Origin: Minisyncoccota bacterium
Lineage (GTDB): Bacteria > Patescibacteriota > Minisyncoccia > Phycocordibacterales > JAQTLZ01
Direction of reading: 5' to 3'
DNA length: 64,000 bases
Assembly (NCBI GenBank): GCA_028711065.1
Contig: JAQTSY010000003.1
Coordinates: 1,136-65,135 of the forward strand
A model generated the notes under the pieces. The model did not search any database. It worked only from the letters and a program-made list of their open reading frames with translations, and had not been told where the DNA came from. The position numbers and the translations under genes were made by a program. Below, in pieces: positions 1 through 9,608 of this stretch (positions are counted from its first letter, which is position 1; each line of letters opens with the position of its first letter).

Positions 1-1321
1 CGAGAGTTCTTTTGCATTGACTCACGGCCTGAGGATGACCGAATACCTGCTTTATAGCTTCGACATCCTTTATTGATTTGTGCGCCAAAAGGCATTGCAT
101 GATTTCCATTCCGATCACTGCTTGTATCTTGAATGTGTATTTGGCCAAAGGTGCCATGCTGGAAACATACGCGCCGGAACCAGAATTAGCGATAGCAAAA
201 ATCCCCAGATCGGTCTTTCCAGAATCTACTGCTTTCAATACATTCTCCCCGGTCACCAAAAACTTTGGTTCGACTCGCGTCTCCGAAATTCCATTTTCCT
301 CGAGGAAACGCAAAAGTGCTTCATGAGTAAAGCAGCCGTCAATGCCGTGTATTCCTACGGTAAGAATTTTCTTTTTTGCCGGAAAAATATTTTTTATTGC
401 TTCCATCCACTGGATATTCAAATTCGGCTTTACTCGGGTCTCTTTTGCGGATTTGAAAAAAGTCTTGGTCGAATCTACAAACCACTGGTTGATCCATCTT
501 CGGATACGGTCTCTTTCTGCCGGAGCAATTTGAGTGATCTTTTTTGCTTGAGTGGCGATAGATTCCTCCACGCTTTCGAGAGAAATATTCTCTATTTCTT
601 TGCAGGCTTCTTTTACGGACTGAAGCAAGTCGTGCGGAGCTTCGCGGATAATTTCGTTTCGAAGCCACTCGGGAGTGCTGTTTATCGTATGCGCGTATGC
701 TCCAAAAATGGCGTTTGATGCTGGCACCGCCCATCGCATAAGTTCTTCTTGGGTTGGAGAAGATTTTCCAGCATCTTTTGCATAATTGCCAATAACTTTT
801 TCTAAAATAATAGTAAGAACTTCTGGGATGCTCAAAGTAATCCCCATCATAAAATCATGCTGATCTTCCGAACTGGCCGATAAAAACGCCACGCCTTGTT
901 TTTTAAAAAAATCTATAAGAACTTTCGCGTGAGGGTTTTTCTCTCCGTGAGAAGAAGTCTCAATAATCGCCCAACGCTGGCCGATGAGGGGCACCTTCGC
1001 CCCATGAAGCGGATGCAATGAAAGATGGATTGCGCCCGTTTTCTCTATCACCTTTCCCAATCCCCTTTTGAGAGAACAGAGATCTATGAGAAGTTGTTTT
1101 TTGGTAAATTTTTTGCCAGAAAGCATTTCATCCAAAGACGAACGAGGAACGGAAAGCCAGATCACATCCGCTTTCCAAGCCTTATTCCAATCTGCTTTGG
1201 AACTATCACGGTTCACTTTCATTATTTTAGAAACGGGAGAAAGGGTATCAACCAAAAACTGGCCCATACTTCCCCTGGCACCAATAATTGCTTGTGTAAA
1301 TTGTAATTTTTTTGAATCCAT
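1..1321 (-). CDS. Bifunctional prephenate dehydrogenase (TyrA-like N-terminus) / prephenate dehydratase (PDT domain). Truncated by the window start; the gene continues beyond position 1.
   Basis: Hand translation of the minus strand from the ATG at 1321 has no stop down to position 1. N-terminus shows GxGxxG (IIGARGSMGQ) and an HPLHG region like TyrA. C-terminal part shows PDT motifs (ILTVGIHGIDGCFTHEA, then GHPQAVSQCKRTL matching the conserved SHPQALxQC motif). Not listed in the ORF track, presumably because it runs off the edge. Confidence 0.55.
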   Translation of the reverse strand, partial: MDSKKLQFTQAIIGARGSMGQFLVDTLSPVSKIMKVNRDSSKADWNKAWKADVIWLSVPRSSLDEMLSGKKFTKKQLLIDLCSLKRGLGKVIEKTGAIHLSLHPLHGAKVPLIGQRWAIIETSSHGEKNPHAKVLIDFFKKQGVAFLSASSEDQHDFMMGITLSIPEVLTIILEKVIGNYAKDAGKSSPTQEELMRWAVPASNAIFGAYAHTINSTPEWLRNEIIREAPHDLLQSVKEACKEIENISLESVEESIATQAKKITQIAPAERDRIRRWINQWFVDSTKTFFKSAKETRVKPNLNIQWMEAIKNIFPAKKKILTVGIHGIDGCFTHEALLRFLEENGISETRVEPKFLVTGENVLKAVDSGKTDLGIFAIANSGSGAYVSSMAPLAKYTFKIQAVIGMEIMQCLLAHKSIKDVEAIKQVFGHPQAVSQCKRTL

Positions 1322-1413
1322 GAAAAGAAAAAATAAATTTGGGCTCTCGTCTGGATCTTCTAGAATCCGACGAGAGCCTCAAATTGGTTACGTTCGCACT
1401 TCCATGCAAAAGG

Positions 1414-2181
1414 TCACCGGGTGCTTTTGAGAAGGTTGAATCCCGATGCGGTGATCCCACCAAAGAAAAGCATCGGCGGGGAGCCGAACACGTGCACCAT
1501 GGTCAAACGGTGAAGCTTGCGAGCCGACTCGGTCGTCATGCAAGCTTCCACTTCGCCAACTGCGCACATCTCGGCCGCTTGTGCATTGCTCTTCGCATCA
1601 ATAAGTGTCGCCCCATTAGCGACAAGTGTATCGAGGAGCGGAGCTGGAGAGACATGGGTAGCAATCTTAACCCCCGAAAGTGCGCCTTGAGTACCCCCCT
1701 GCTCCACAATCAGGGAGAGATACTTCAGATTACGCACAGCAAGCTGCATTTCGTCGAGAACCATTTGCTGTACGAAGAAAAGTGGCAGCGTTGCGGGGTT
1801 CCCGAAAAAAACCTTGTGCAACCGAGCAAACACGGCGCACGTCCAGAACACTGCGAGAACTCCGTCCTCCTGCATTGCGATTGCCTTTTTGACCGCCGTT
1901 TCTGGCAAATCGCAAAGCTCGATAACCGCTTTGTGTTCGATACTCATGTGAGCATGCCAGAGCCGCGCGACCTGCTCCATGTTAGTGCCTGTTGGCCCAA
2001 GAGCGTAAGAGACAACGGCCTTAACTCTAGGAGACAACAGCGCTTGGCGTTTTGCCAGATCATTCCACCTCACAGCGTCGCACGCTGGAAATGTTGGTAA
2101 CTGGTGCATACAGCCTCCCTTCCCCAAAAGTATGAAGAACTCATTCTGCCCGAAGTGGGCATCCAAAACCCGCACGGGCAT
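1414..2181 (-). CDS. PDT-like / periplasmic-binding-fold protein; a divergent prephenate-dehydratase-family paralogue with no ACT domain. Locally GC-rich.
   Basis: YALGPTGTNMEQVA resembles the PDT N-terminal LGPxGTFSxxAA. KIATHVSPAPLL sits where the SHPQ motif would be. GC about 55% against about 40% in the flanks. Confidence 0.3.
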   Translation of the reverse strand: MPVRVLDAHFGQNEFFILLGKGGCMHQLPTFPACDAVRWNDLAKRQALLSPRVKAVVSYALGPTGTNMEQVARLWHAHMSIEHKAVIELCDLPETAVKKAIAMQEDGVLAVFWTCAVFARLHKVFFGNPATLPLFFVQQMVLDEMQLAVRNLKYLSLIVEQGGTQGALSGVKIATHVSPAPLLDTLVANGATLIDAKSNAQAAEMCAVGEVEACMTTESARKLHRLTMVHVFGSPPMLFFGGITASGFNLLKSTR

Positions 2182-2248
2182 GAATCCAAATCTTCTGACC
2201 TGGAAATTGAGAACTTGTTTTTTACGTAAACGCCCAATTTCCAGATGA

Positions 2249-2277
2249 GAAAAACTCCCGTTTTGCGGGAGTTTTTC
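2249..2277. terminator. Perfect hairpin aaaaactcccg-tttt-gcgggagttttt flanked by A/T runs. It lies in the leader of the minus-strand aromatic genes, about 70 nt upstream of the 2181 start.
   Basis: Inverted repeat plus T-tract seen directly in the sequence. Confidence 0.5.
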
Positions 2278-2425
2278 TTTGCTAGGTGTAAGTTTTAAAT
2301 AGCAACAAAATCTCCCGTTTAACGGCTAAAATAGAAGAAGTTAAAGAATTTGTCAGCTAACATATTCATAAATCCAGTTTATTCCTACCCATCATTTTTG
2401 TCAAACAAACTGTTATACTACCCAA

Positions 2426-3415
2426 ATGAGCTTCGTATTTAAGATGTTTGTGGCAGTTGTGGTTCTTGGCGGAATTTTTTTCCTCCTGGAAAAAAATTCC
2501 GCCTCCGTTACCCCCGTTATTGCACCCACACTATCTCCCACCGCTACTTATAGTTCTGGACCAAGCCCTGAATCTACTGATTCACCTTCTCCTGTTTCAA
2601 CTCCGACACCAACCCCGACTCCTGCCCCCGCTATTTCAATCACGCCAACCAAAATTATCCAAGGAGAACCAATCCTAGTGCAAATAAAAACTGCCGACTT
2701 GCCGGAAATTAAAAATATTTCTTTCGATGGAAAATCTTTAGGAATTTTTTCATACAAATCAGAACCGAGCGCCTTTATCGGAATTGACCTTGCAAAGAAA
2801 CCGGGAACTTACAAACTTCTTGCAACACTTGCCGACGGCGAAGAACTTGAAAAAAATATAACCATCGGCATGCGGCCGAAAGTTGAAGCGCCGCTTGGCA
2901 TTCCAGAAAAACTTGGTGGCAACACCGAAGAAGCGGTGACGAATGTTATCAGCACAATGGCGCAGGAAAGCAAGACGCTTCTCGGTATTAAAACGGCAAG
3001 CACAGCACTTTGGACAGCACCGTTTCGCTTTCCACTCGCAGGCAAGATAACTGTCACTGATCCTTATGGATATGTGAGACAAACAGTTGGCGAAGCGATC
3101 AATCACAAGGGCACGGATTTCCATGCAGACGAAGGCACTCCCGTCTTCGCAATGAATACAGGAATTGTGAGAATCGCAAGGTTATATCAAATTTACGGAA
3201 ACACCGTCGTCATTGATCACGGCCTTGGTCTTATGAGTATTTATATGCACCTCTCAAAAATAAATGTGAACGTGGGAGAAAAAGTAAACATCGGACAGAC
3301 AATCGCCCTCTCCGGCCAAACAGGCTACGCAGAAAGCCCGCATCTTCACATCACAATCCGTATCAACGACATCTCAATTGACCCGATGAAATTTATGGCG
3401 TTTTTTGCCAAATAG
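2426..3415 (+). CDS. Membrane-anchored M23 (LytM-type) metallopeptidase with a Pro/Thr-rich linker.
   Basis: N-terminal transmembrane helix, TPTPTPTPAP linker, C-terminal HKGTDFHADEGTPV...PHLHITI (HxxxD and HxH motifs). Confidence 0.85.
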   Translation: MSFVFKMFVAVVVLGGIFFLLEKNSASVTPVIAPTLSPTATYSSGPSPESTDSPSPVSTPTPTPTPAPAISITPTKIIQGEPILVQIKTADLPEIKNISFDGKSLGIFSYKSEPSAFIGIDLAKKPGTYKLLATLADGEELEKNITIGMRPKVEAPLGIPEKLGGNTEEAVTNVISTMAQESKTLLGIKTASTALWTAPFRFPLAGKITVTDPYGYVRQTVGEAINHKGTDFHADEGTPVFAMNTGIVRIARLYQIYGNTVVIDHGLGLMSIYMHLSKINVNVGEKVNIGQTIALSGQTGYAESPHLHITIRINDISIDPMKFMAFFAK

Positions 3416-3469
3416 GCGAAAAATGTTAGTATGCTACTCGTTCGCCTTTGGTTTTTATAGTAAAAAATT

Positions 3470-3541
3470 GGCCCTATCGTCTAATGGTTAGGACAGAGCC
3501 TTCTCAAGGCTTAAATCCGGGTTCGACTCCCGGTAGGGTCA
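3470..3541 (+). tRNA. tRNA-Glu (anticodon CTC).
   Basis: Cloverleaf folded by hand. Acceptor ggcccta/tagggtc, anticodon loop ttCTCaa, T-arm ccggg-ttcgact-cccgg. Confidence 0.8.
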
Positions 3542-3551
3542 CAGTTCAAAT

Positions 3552-5264
3552 CTATCTATCCGGCGGTATCTCATAATAATTTATCAAAAATTTTGTAATG
3601 TCGAAGAAAGAAGTTGTGAGGGTCTCTGACGCATAATTCGCTCCTTTCGGGTACACCATATACATAAAAACCAAAAACTTTGGATTATACGCCGGGAAAT
3701 AGCCGAAAAACGAGTGGAGATATCTGTCCGCGTAATATCCTTTTCCCGCAGGATTTGCCATCTGGGCCGTACCGGTTTTCGCCGCTACGCTCCAATTTTT
3801 GAGCTTCACCGTTCCATGACGAAGTGCTTTGTCTACCACTTCGACGAGCATTTTTGTAATTGTTTCAGACGTTTCTTTCTTTAAGACTTGTTTCTCCCCT
3901 CCGCCAGTGAAAAGATCTTTTGAAAGACCTACGTTATATTTCAAAGTTTTTACCACATGTGGATCGGGAAGTGTACCGCCATTCCCAAGAGACGAAAGCG
4001 CTCGGACAGTTGCGATAGGTGTGAGCGCAATTCCCTGCCCATACGCTGCCGTTGCATGCTCGATATCTCGAGGACTTTTTAAGTTCTCGACAAGCCCAGC
4101 AGCTTCATTGGGAAGATCAATTCCTGTCTCCTCGCCCAAACCGTAATTCAGCATATATTTCGAGAAGAGATCCTTTCCCATCCGAAGCGCGACAGTCGCC
4201 GCGCCGGTATTCAAAGATTGATTGAGTACCTCTTGCATAGGAACAACGCCTCGGCCTCGAAAATCGAAGTTCGAAATTTTTGAACCATTCAGTTCGAGAA
4301 ATCCTTTGTCATCATAGGTTGTTGTGGGGGTGACGGTACCCGAATCAATTCCCGCCGCCATAGTCAGTGGCTTAATAATCGAACCCATTTCATAGACGCT
4401 ATCAACAAGCGGGTTGGTAAAGACGCGCGGATTTTTTTCAAGATTAAAATTGTTTGGGTCAAATGTCGGGAGCGCGGCCATGGCATAAATCTCGCCTGTT
4501 TTCGGATCAATAATAATCGCACCAGAAGTATCCGGATTCCATTCAGCCTGAAGCGATTTTAACTGTTTTTCAAGAAAAAGCTGAACTGACGGTTCTATTG
4601 TGGAGACAATGTCCCCTTCTGCCTGTTTGTCGTCGACAAGCGTTTTGCTTACATCAGAAAATATTTCAGCGAAAAAATTGACATTTAACTTCGTGTCGTT
4701 TCGATTCAGCTCCGCTTCATAATATTTTTCGAGGCCATATTGACCGGCAACAGATTTCCCATCGGAACCGACGAAGCCGAGCACATTCGCGGCCATAGTC
4801 ATTCCAGGGTAGTACCTCCATTTTTCTTTGTACACAGAAACTCCCGGAAGTTTGAGACTCTCGATTTTAGTGGCATCTGCTTCAGAAACTTTTCTAGCCA
4901 CCTCCTCGTAAGGATCGGCTTTCTTGCCCGCTTTCTCAAGAAAAGATTCTTTTTCGAGCGGAATCACGCTGTCCATCTTTTCGAACGTGGTTTCGGGATC
5001 TGTCACCAATTTAGGACTCAACGAAACAAGATAGCCAGTCTTCAAGGTTGCCGCACTCACCAAATCTCCGCTTCGAGTTTGAAAAAAAATAGAACCTCTG
5101 TCAAAAAGGTTTTCGTTCGGTTTTACATACTGACGATCGGCTTTGTCAGTATAGAGATGGCCATCTACGACCTGGACAAGATACAATTTTGCAACAATGA
5201 GTACCGCGAACAGAAAGAGTGCGATAGAAATGATACGTATTCTAGATAAAGAGTGGATCTTCAT
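3552..5264 (-). CDS. ftsI: Penicillin-binding protein 2/3 family transpeptidase (FtsI-like).
   Basis: N-terminal membrane anchor, SIIKP (SxxK), SNF (SxN) and KTGTA motifs. Sits in a dcw cluster after ftsL. Confidence 0.9.
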   Translation of the reverse strand: MKIHSLSRIRIISIALFLFAVLIVAKLYLVQVVDGHLYTDKADRQYVKPNENLFDRGSIFFQTRSGDLVSAATLKTGYLVSLSPKLVTDPETTFEKMDSVIPLEKESFLEKAGKKADPYEEVARKVSEADATKIESLKLPGVSVYKEKWRYYPGMTMAANVLGFVGSDGKSVAGQYGLEKYYEAELNRNDTKLNVNFFAEIFSDVSKTLVDDKQAEGDIVSTIEPSVQLFLEKQLKSLQAEWNPDTSGAIIIDPKTGEIYAMAALPTFDPNNFNLEKNPRVFTNPLVDSVYEMGSIIKPLTMAAGIDSGTVTPTTTYDDKGFLELNGSKISNFDFRGRGVVPMQEVLNQSLNTGAATVALRMGKDLFSKYMLNYGLGEETGIDLPNEAAGLVENLKSPRDIEHATAAYGQGIALTPIATVRALSSLGNGGTLPDPHVVKTLKYNVGLSKDLFTGGGEKQVLKKETSETITKMLVEVVDKALRHGTVKLKNWSVAAKTGTAQMANPAGKGYYADRYLHSFFGYFPAYNPKFLVFMYMVYPKGANYASETLTTSFFDITKFLINYYEIPPDR

Positions 5265-5275
5265 GCTCTCTCGAA

Positions 5276-5596
5276 TTACTCAACCGAGTTGACGGAGAGT
5301 GCTTTCGAAAGCGCTGTACGAGAAATAAAGACAGGATTTTGAACCGTCTGAAACCCAAGCGATGATGCGAGATCGAGGGTAATTGAGTCCTTAAGGACGA
5401 TATAGCGAGATTCAAGCTCTCCCACTGCGCCTCGAATTGAAGCGATACGTGTCTCTGCCTTTTGTCTTTCTACCACATTATGAATAGTGTCATTGAGAAA
5501 ATATACATATGAACAGACAAAACCTACCAAAAGCAAAAGAGCGCTCGCAAAAAGGAGTTTTTGATAGTGGTTGAATTTTTCTGTTCTGCTTATCAT
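5276..5596 (-). CDS. ftsL: Small bitopic coiled-coil division protein (FtsL/DivIC-like).
   Basis: Single transmembrane helix followed by a predicted coiled coil. Position between rsmH and ftsI. Confidence 0.5.
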   Translation of the reverse strand: MISRTEKFNHYQKLLFASALLLLVGFVCSYVYFLNDTIHNVVERQKAETRIASIRGAVGELESRYIVLKDSITLDLASSLGFQTVQNPVFISRTALSKALSVNSVE

Positions 5597-6486
5597 CTTT
5601 TTTCTAAAATACGCAGTTTCGAACTTCTTGAACGCGGGTTTTTCACTACTTCTTCACGGCTCGGCACGATTGGTTTTTTCGTAATTAAAATTGCTTCTTC
5701 TGCCTTTTCTTTTGATTTAAAAAATTGTTTTACAATTCTGTCTTCGATACTGTGGAATGAAATGACTGCCATTCTGCCTTTCGGAGCAAGGATACTGTAG
5801 CCTTTTTCCAATCCTTCTTTGAGCGCTCGAATTTCATCGTTTGCAGTAATACGCAGTGCCTGAAATGTTTTTGTTGCGAAATGGATTTTTCTTCTGTGGT
5901 AGGGCGCCGGTGTTGCATTTTTGATTATCTCTACGAGTTCCCCCGTTGTTTCGATAGGCTTCACGGCTCTCGCTTCCACAATTCCCTTTGCGATCCGTCG
6001 TGAAAATGTTTCTCCTCCATATCCATAAATCACATCAGCAATATTTTCTTCATCCCAGTTGTTTAAAATTTCTTTTACCGTCAAATCGCTTTCAGTCGGC
6101 TTCTCTTTGAAAGTCATGAGAAGCGGCTCGTCTTTTTGAAAAGAAAATCCCCTTCCCGAATCTTCGAACTGATTGGAAGAAAGTCCCAAGTCGTACAAAA
6201 TCTTGTTCGCCTGTTGTATGCCGAATTTTTCAAGCACTTTGTCGGCATTTCGGAAGTTATCTTGCGCAAGGAGAAACTTTGCTTTCTGTACCAAAAGCCG
6301 TTTTTCAGCCCTTTGGAGCGCACTTTCGTCCATATCAATTCCGATGATTTGCACAGCTTGTCCGAATCGCTTAGCTACCTCTTCGCTGTGGCCACCGCCG
6401 TTTATGGTGCAATCAAGGAAAACATCACCCACTGTGATCGCCAATCCATCTATTGATTCCTGTAAAAGAACACTCGTGTGCGTCAT
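5593..6486 (-). CDS. rsmH: 16S rRNA (cytosine1402-N4)-methyltransferase RsmH/MraW.
   Basis: Family pattern and GGGHS motif. Located downstream of mraZ. Confidence 0.9.
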   Translation of the reverse strand: MTHTSVLLQESIDGLAITVGDVFLDCTINGGGHSEEVAKRFGQAVQIIGIDMDESALQRAEKRLLVQKAKFLLAQDNFRNADKVLEKFGIQQANKILYDLGLSSNQFEDSGRGFSFQKDEPLLMTFKEKPTESDLTVKEILNNWDEENIADVIYGYGGETFSRRIAKGIVEARAVKPIETTGELVEIIKNATPAPYHRRKIHFATKTFQALRITANDEIRALKEGLEKGYSILAPKGRMAVISFHSIEDRIVKQFFKSKEKAEEAILITKKPIVPSREEVVKNPRSRSSKLRILEKR

Positions 6487-6917
6487 AGGATTCCCACCTG
6501 TCCTAGCTTTTCTGCCAATGTGTCAGCCTGTTTTTCGACAACTTTTTTGTATTCACCCCACGCTTTCTCGTTCCAAATTTCCGCCCGATTCTCTACTCCG
6601 ATGATGACCACCTCGTCTTTCAAATGCGATCGCTCGCGAAGAAAATCTGGAACCAAAATACGTCCGATCGAATCAACTTCCGCTTCTGCCGCACCTGCGA
6701 ACATAAACCGGTTGAAGCTTCGGTTGTCGGCCGACAAGAGTGACGATTGCGAAAGCTTCCCCGAAATCTTTTCCCATTCCTTTTGGGCAAATACGAACAA
6801 ACAATTGTCGAGCCCCGGCGTGAGCACCACTTTCTTTCCCATTTCTTTTCGAAACTTTACCGGAAGCGAGAGCCGGTTTTTGTCGTCGATTGTGTGAGTG
6901 TATTCCCCGATGAGCAT
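6483..6917 (-). CDS. mraZ: Transcriptional regulator MraZ.
   Basis: MLIGEYTHTIDDKNRLSLP, the typical MraZ N-terminus with tandem DxxxR motifs. Confidence 0.9.
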   Translation of the reverse strand: MLIGEYTHTIDDKNRLSLPVKFRKEMGKKVVLTPGLDNCLFVFAQKEWEKISGKLSQSSLLSADNRSFNRFMFAGAAEAEVDSIGRILVPDFLRERSHLKDEVVIIGVENRAEIWNEKAWGEYKKVVEKQADTLAEKLGQVGIL

Positions 6918-6950
6918 AGTTCATAGTATAGAGTAAAAAATTATTATTTA

Positions 6951-6995
6951 CCACTCTTTCCCACCTAGGCTCTATTTTATACCACTCTCCCCCAC
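6951..6995 (-). promoter_or_regulatory. Putative MraZ operator / Pmra. Two direct repeats, GTGGGGGAGAGTGG and GTGGGAAAGAGTGG on the coding strand, give four GTGG units at roughly 10-nt spacing, overlapping a TATAAAAT -10 element.
   Basis: Repeats seen in the sequence immediately upstream of the mraZ start. Matches the known MraZ binding-site architecture (direct GTGGG repeats). Confidence 0.5.
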
Positions 6996-7029
6996 TTACC
7001 AACAGAGTTATCCACAACTTGGTCTGACG

Positions 7030-7060
7030 AAAAAATCGGCCTTTCGGGGCCGATTTTTTC
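7030..7060. terminator. Bidirectional intrinsic terminator aaaaaatcggcc-tttcgg-ggccgattttttc between alr and the mraZ promoter.
   Basis: Hairpin with A/T tracts on both sides. Confidence 0.6.
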
Positions 7061-7082
7061 GTCATTTTTCTTTTTTTCGCTT

Positions 7083-8225
7083 CTAAAAATAAATCCGTTT
7101 AATCAGAGGATTAATCCGGGTGATTATTTCGTTATGTCCCGTATCCGCATGCTCGGCGAGTTCATAAACATCAACAGTTTCATCTCCATCATATCCTATA
7201 AGCGTTACGACATCGCCGACTTTGACGTCGGGAATATCGGTGCAATCAAGAATGATCATATCCATCGAAACAAGTCCTATGATTTTCGCTCGCTTTCCAT
7301 TCAAAAGCACTTCAGCGTTATTAGACAAGGAACGCGGAAGTCCTTGCCAATATCCGACTGGACAAATTGCAATCTTCGCTCGCGAAGAAAGCTTGTATGT
7401 TCGTTCATAGCCCACAGACTCACCCGCTTCAATTTCTTTTACTTCTGAAATAAGCGTTCTCCAAGAAAGTATGGGGGTAAGATGTATTTTTTCTTCAAAA
7501 GCTTCTCGTAATTTGTGAGATGGCCAAAGTCCAAACAGCCCAGAGGCAACGCGAACCATATCAAAATCCGCTTCTGGGTAGAGAAGGGTACCCGCTGTGG
7601 CGCCCGCATGCGTAATGAGTGAAAAACCCTTACTTTCAAAGCTTTTCTTCCACTCCAAAAACTGGCTGATCTGGCTTTTCGTATATTCAAGCGAAGATGG
7701 ATTTTTCGCCTCTGCAAAATGCGTATACAACCCCTCCACTTTTACGAAATCTTTGTACTTCTCGATTGCTGAAAATAATGTCTCCTTATGTTCAGAAAGA
7801 AAACCTTGCCGATGCATTCCCGTATCGACTTCAATATGTATATTTATTTTTTGCGATGCTATTTCTTTCGGCAGGTTTTCAAAAAATGACAGATCTGAAA
7901 CGGTGAGAGAAATGTTTTTCTCCGATGCTTCATGAACAAGTTCTGGCAAAGTGTAGCCAAGAACTAAAATCGGAAGCGTAATTCCTTCTCTTCGCAAAGC
8001 AAATCCTTCAACGACAGAATCAACGCCGATCCAATCTGCGCCAAGTTTTGAAATCTCTTTTGAAAAATCGACGAGACTATGGCCATAGGCATTCGATTTC
8101 ACAACCGCCATCAACTTGCACGATTTTGGAATGATCTTTCTGAAAATTTCGTAATTATGCGCGATCGCGCGAGTATCCACCTCGATCCACGTTCGAAGCC
8201 CCATTCGTTCATTTTTAGCGATCAT
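7083..8225 (-). CDS. alr: Alanine racemase.
   Basis: AVVKSNAYGHS PLP-lysine motif and the overall family pattern. Confidence 0.9.
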   Translation of the reverse strand: MIAKNERMGLRTWIEVDTRAIAHNYEIFRKIIPKSCKLMAVVKSNAYGHSLVDFSKEISKLGADWIGVDSVVEGFALRREGITLPILVLGYTLPELVHEASEKNISLTVSDLSFFENLPKEIASQKINIHIEVDTGMHRQGFLSEHKETLFSAIEKYKDFVKVEGLYTHFAEAKNPSSLEYTKSQISQFLEWKKSFESKGFSLITHAGATAGTLLYPEADFDMVRVASGLFGLWPSHKLREAFEEKIHLTPILSWRTLISEVKEIEAGESVGYERTYKLSSRAKIAICPVGYWQGLPRSLSNNAEVLLNGKRAKIIGLVSMDMIILDCTDIPDVKVGDVVTLIGYDGDETVDVYELAEHADTGHNEIITRINPLIKRIYF

Positions 8226-8355
8226 AGCCTACAAAGTAGCAAGTTTTTCAGCTCTTCACAACAGGAGTGCCGCGCCTCCATGGGTGTGTAAAACTTTTAA
8301 AATAGAAAATATCTTTCGTTGTATACTATATTCATTAGCAAGTAATCGAGTATTC

Positions 8356-9525
8356 ATGAAAAAGATATTTCTCTTTGCAATAATTTTGAGTCTCTTTAGC
8401 GCAGTTTCTCTTGTGCACGCAGAAAGCACCAGCACTGACTCGATTGCTACAACAACTCCTCTTGCGACCATAACCGCAATTAGAGGGGGAAATAATTACG
8501 ACAGCGCAATTTCGATAGATCCCGGCTCGTATCATCTCGATCATAACCAGAAAAACGGCGACTATGATTATTTTAAGATCTCCGTTACACAAAGTCTTCC
8601 TGTTACAATCACGCTTATTACTTCAGACAAAGCAATCGGATACGATGAAAACACAAAGACATTTATTCCGAGCAAGCAGATAAACGCAGGACTTAAAATT
8701 CAAGATAAAGACAGAACTGACCTTGGCAAAACATACAGCGTTGAAGCTAATGCAAAAAATGTCATTTCTTATACCCCAACGAGCACCGGGTTCATTTATC
8801 TTTTGGTAGGACCGCTCCAAGACTACTATTCAAATGCTTATTATTCGATGGATAAAAGCACGGTCTTTCAGATCGAAGTGGTGGAACCTTCTCCAACAGT
8901 CGAAGCCGTAGTCGCAGTGACTCCAGTAAGCACCGCTGGAAATGGAGATCAAATAAACCCTTCCCCGCTTCCGCAAAATGGAGATTTCTTTTCATTGTTC
9001 AGCACCTCACTCCTCGACAACACTACGTTGCTGTATGTTTTGATAGGAATTGGACTCCTCATACTGCTTCTCCTGCTTATCCTTATTGCAAAAGTGTCGA
9101 GAAAAAAGAAACTTCCACAAACTCCTCCTCAGATGATGCCGCCCATGATGCTACGACCAAACTTCACACCCCCATCATCAATGCCGCCCCCTATGCCAGC
9201 GTCTCTGCAGACTCCTCCCACTCCTCCACGACCCACCTACACTGCGCCAATCGTCACACCTCCTGTGATAACCCGTCCACCCGTGCAGACCATGCCAGTA
9301 GCTCCTACACCGCCTCCCGCACCAAAACCAGCATACGCAGCACCCGTTCCGCCTCCGATTACCGTAATGCCTTCAGTTGCTCCCACCATTCCAAGACCCG
9401 CACCAGTAACACCCGTCATGCCGACCCCGCCAGCTCCAATACCAATGCCGACCCCTCCACCACCTCCGGTACCTCCGCAAATTCCACCTGATATTCCAAA
9501 AACAATGCCTCCAGTGGGACTCTAG
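8356..9525 (+). CDS. Single-pass membrane protein with an N-terminal extracellular domain (PPC-like, GDYDYFKISV) and a ~140-aa proline-rich cytoplasmic tail.
   Basis: Signal peptide MKKIFLFAIILSLFSAVSLVHA, a transmembrane segment LLYVLIGIGLLILLLLLILIA, then PPxP-rich sequence to the C-terminus. Confidence 0.55.
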   Translation: MKKIFLFAIILSLFSAVSLVHAESTSTDSIATTTPLATITAIRGGNNYDSAISIDPGSYHLDHNQKNGDYDYFKISVTQSLPVTITLITSDKAIGYDENTKTFIPSKQINAGLKIQDKDRTDLGKTYSVEANAKNVISYTPTSTGFIYLLVGPLQDYYSNAYYSMDKSTVFQIEVVEPSPTVEAVVAVTPVSTAGNGDQINPSPLPQNGDFFSLFSTSLLDNTTLLYVLIGIGLLILLLLLILIAKVSRKKKLPQTPPQMMPPMMLRPNFTPPSSMPPPMPASLQTPPTPPRPTYTAPIVTPPVITRPPVQTMPVAPTPPPAPKPAYAAPVPPPITVMPSVAPTIPRPAPVTPVMPTPPAPIPMPTPPPPPVPPQIPPDIPKTMPPVGL

Positions 9526-9529
9526 AAAC

Positions 9530-9560
9530 AAAAAACTTCCGCTCTTGCGGAAGTTTTTTG
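9530..9560 (+). terminator. Intrinsic terminator aaaaaacttccgc-tctt-gcggaagtttttt.
   Basis: Hairpin plus T-tract after the 8356..9525 gene. Confidence 0.6.
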
Positions 9561-9608
9561 TCATTGTTTTTTCAAGAATTTTCTGTTACCTTTGTAGAGT
9601 AATTATAT

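Noticed and set aside
80-718. Plus-strand ORF of 212 aa, and a nested ORF at 339..734.
   Set aside because: It is antisense to a continuous minus-strand reading frame (1..1321) that carries clear TyrA/PDT motifs, and it has no motif support of its own.
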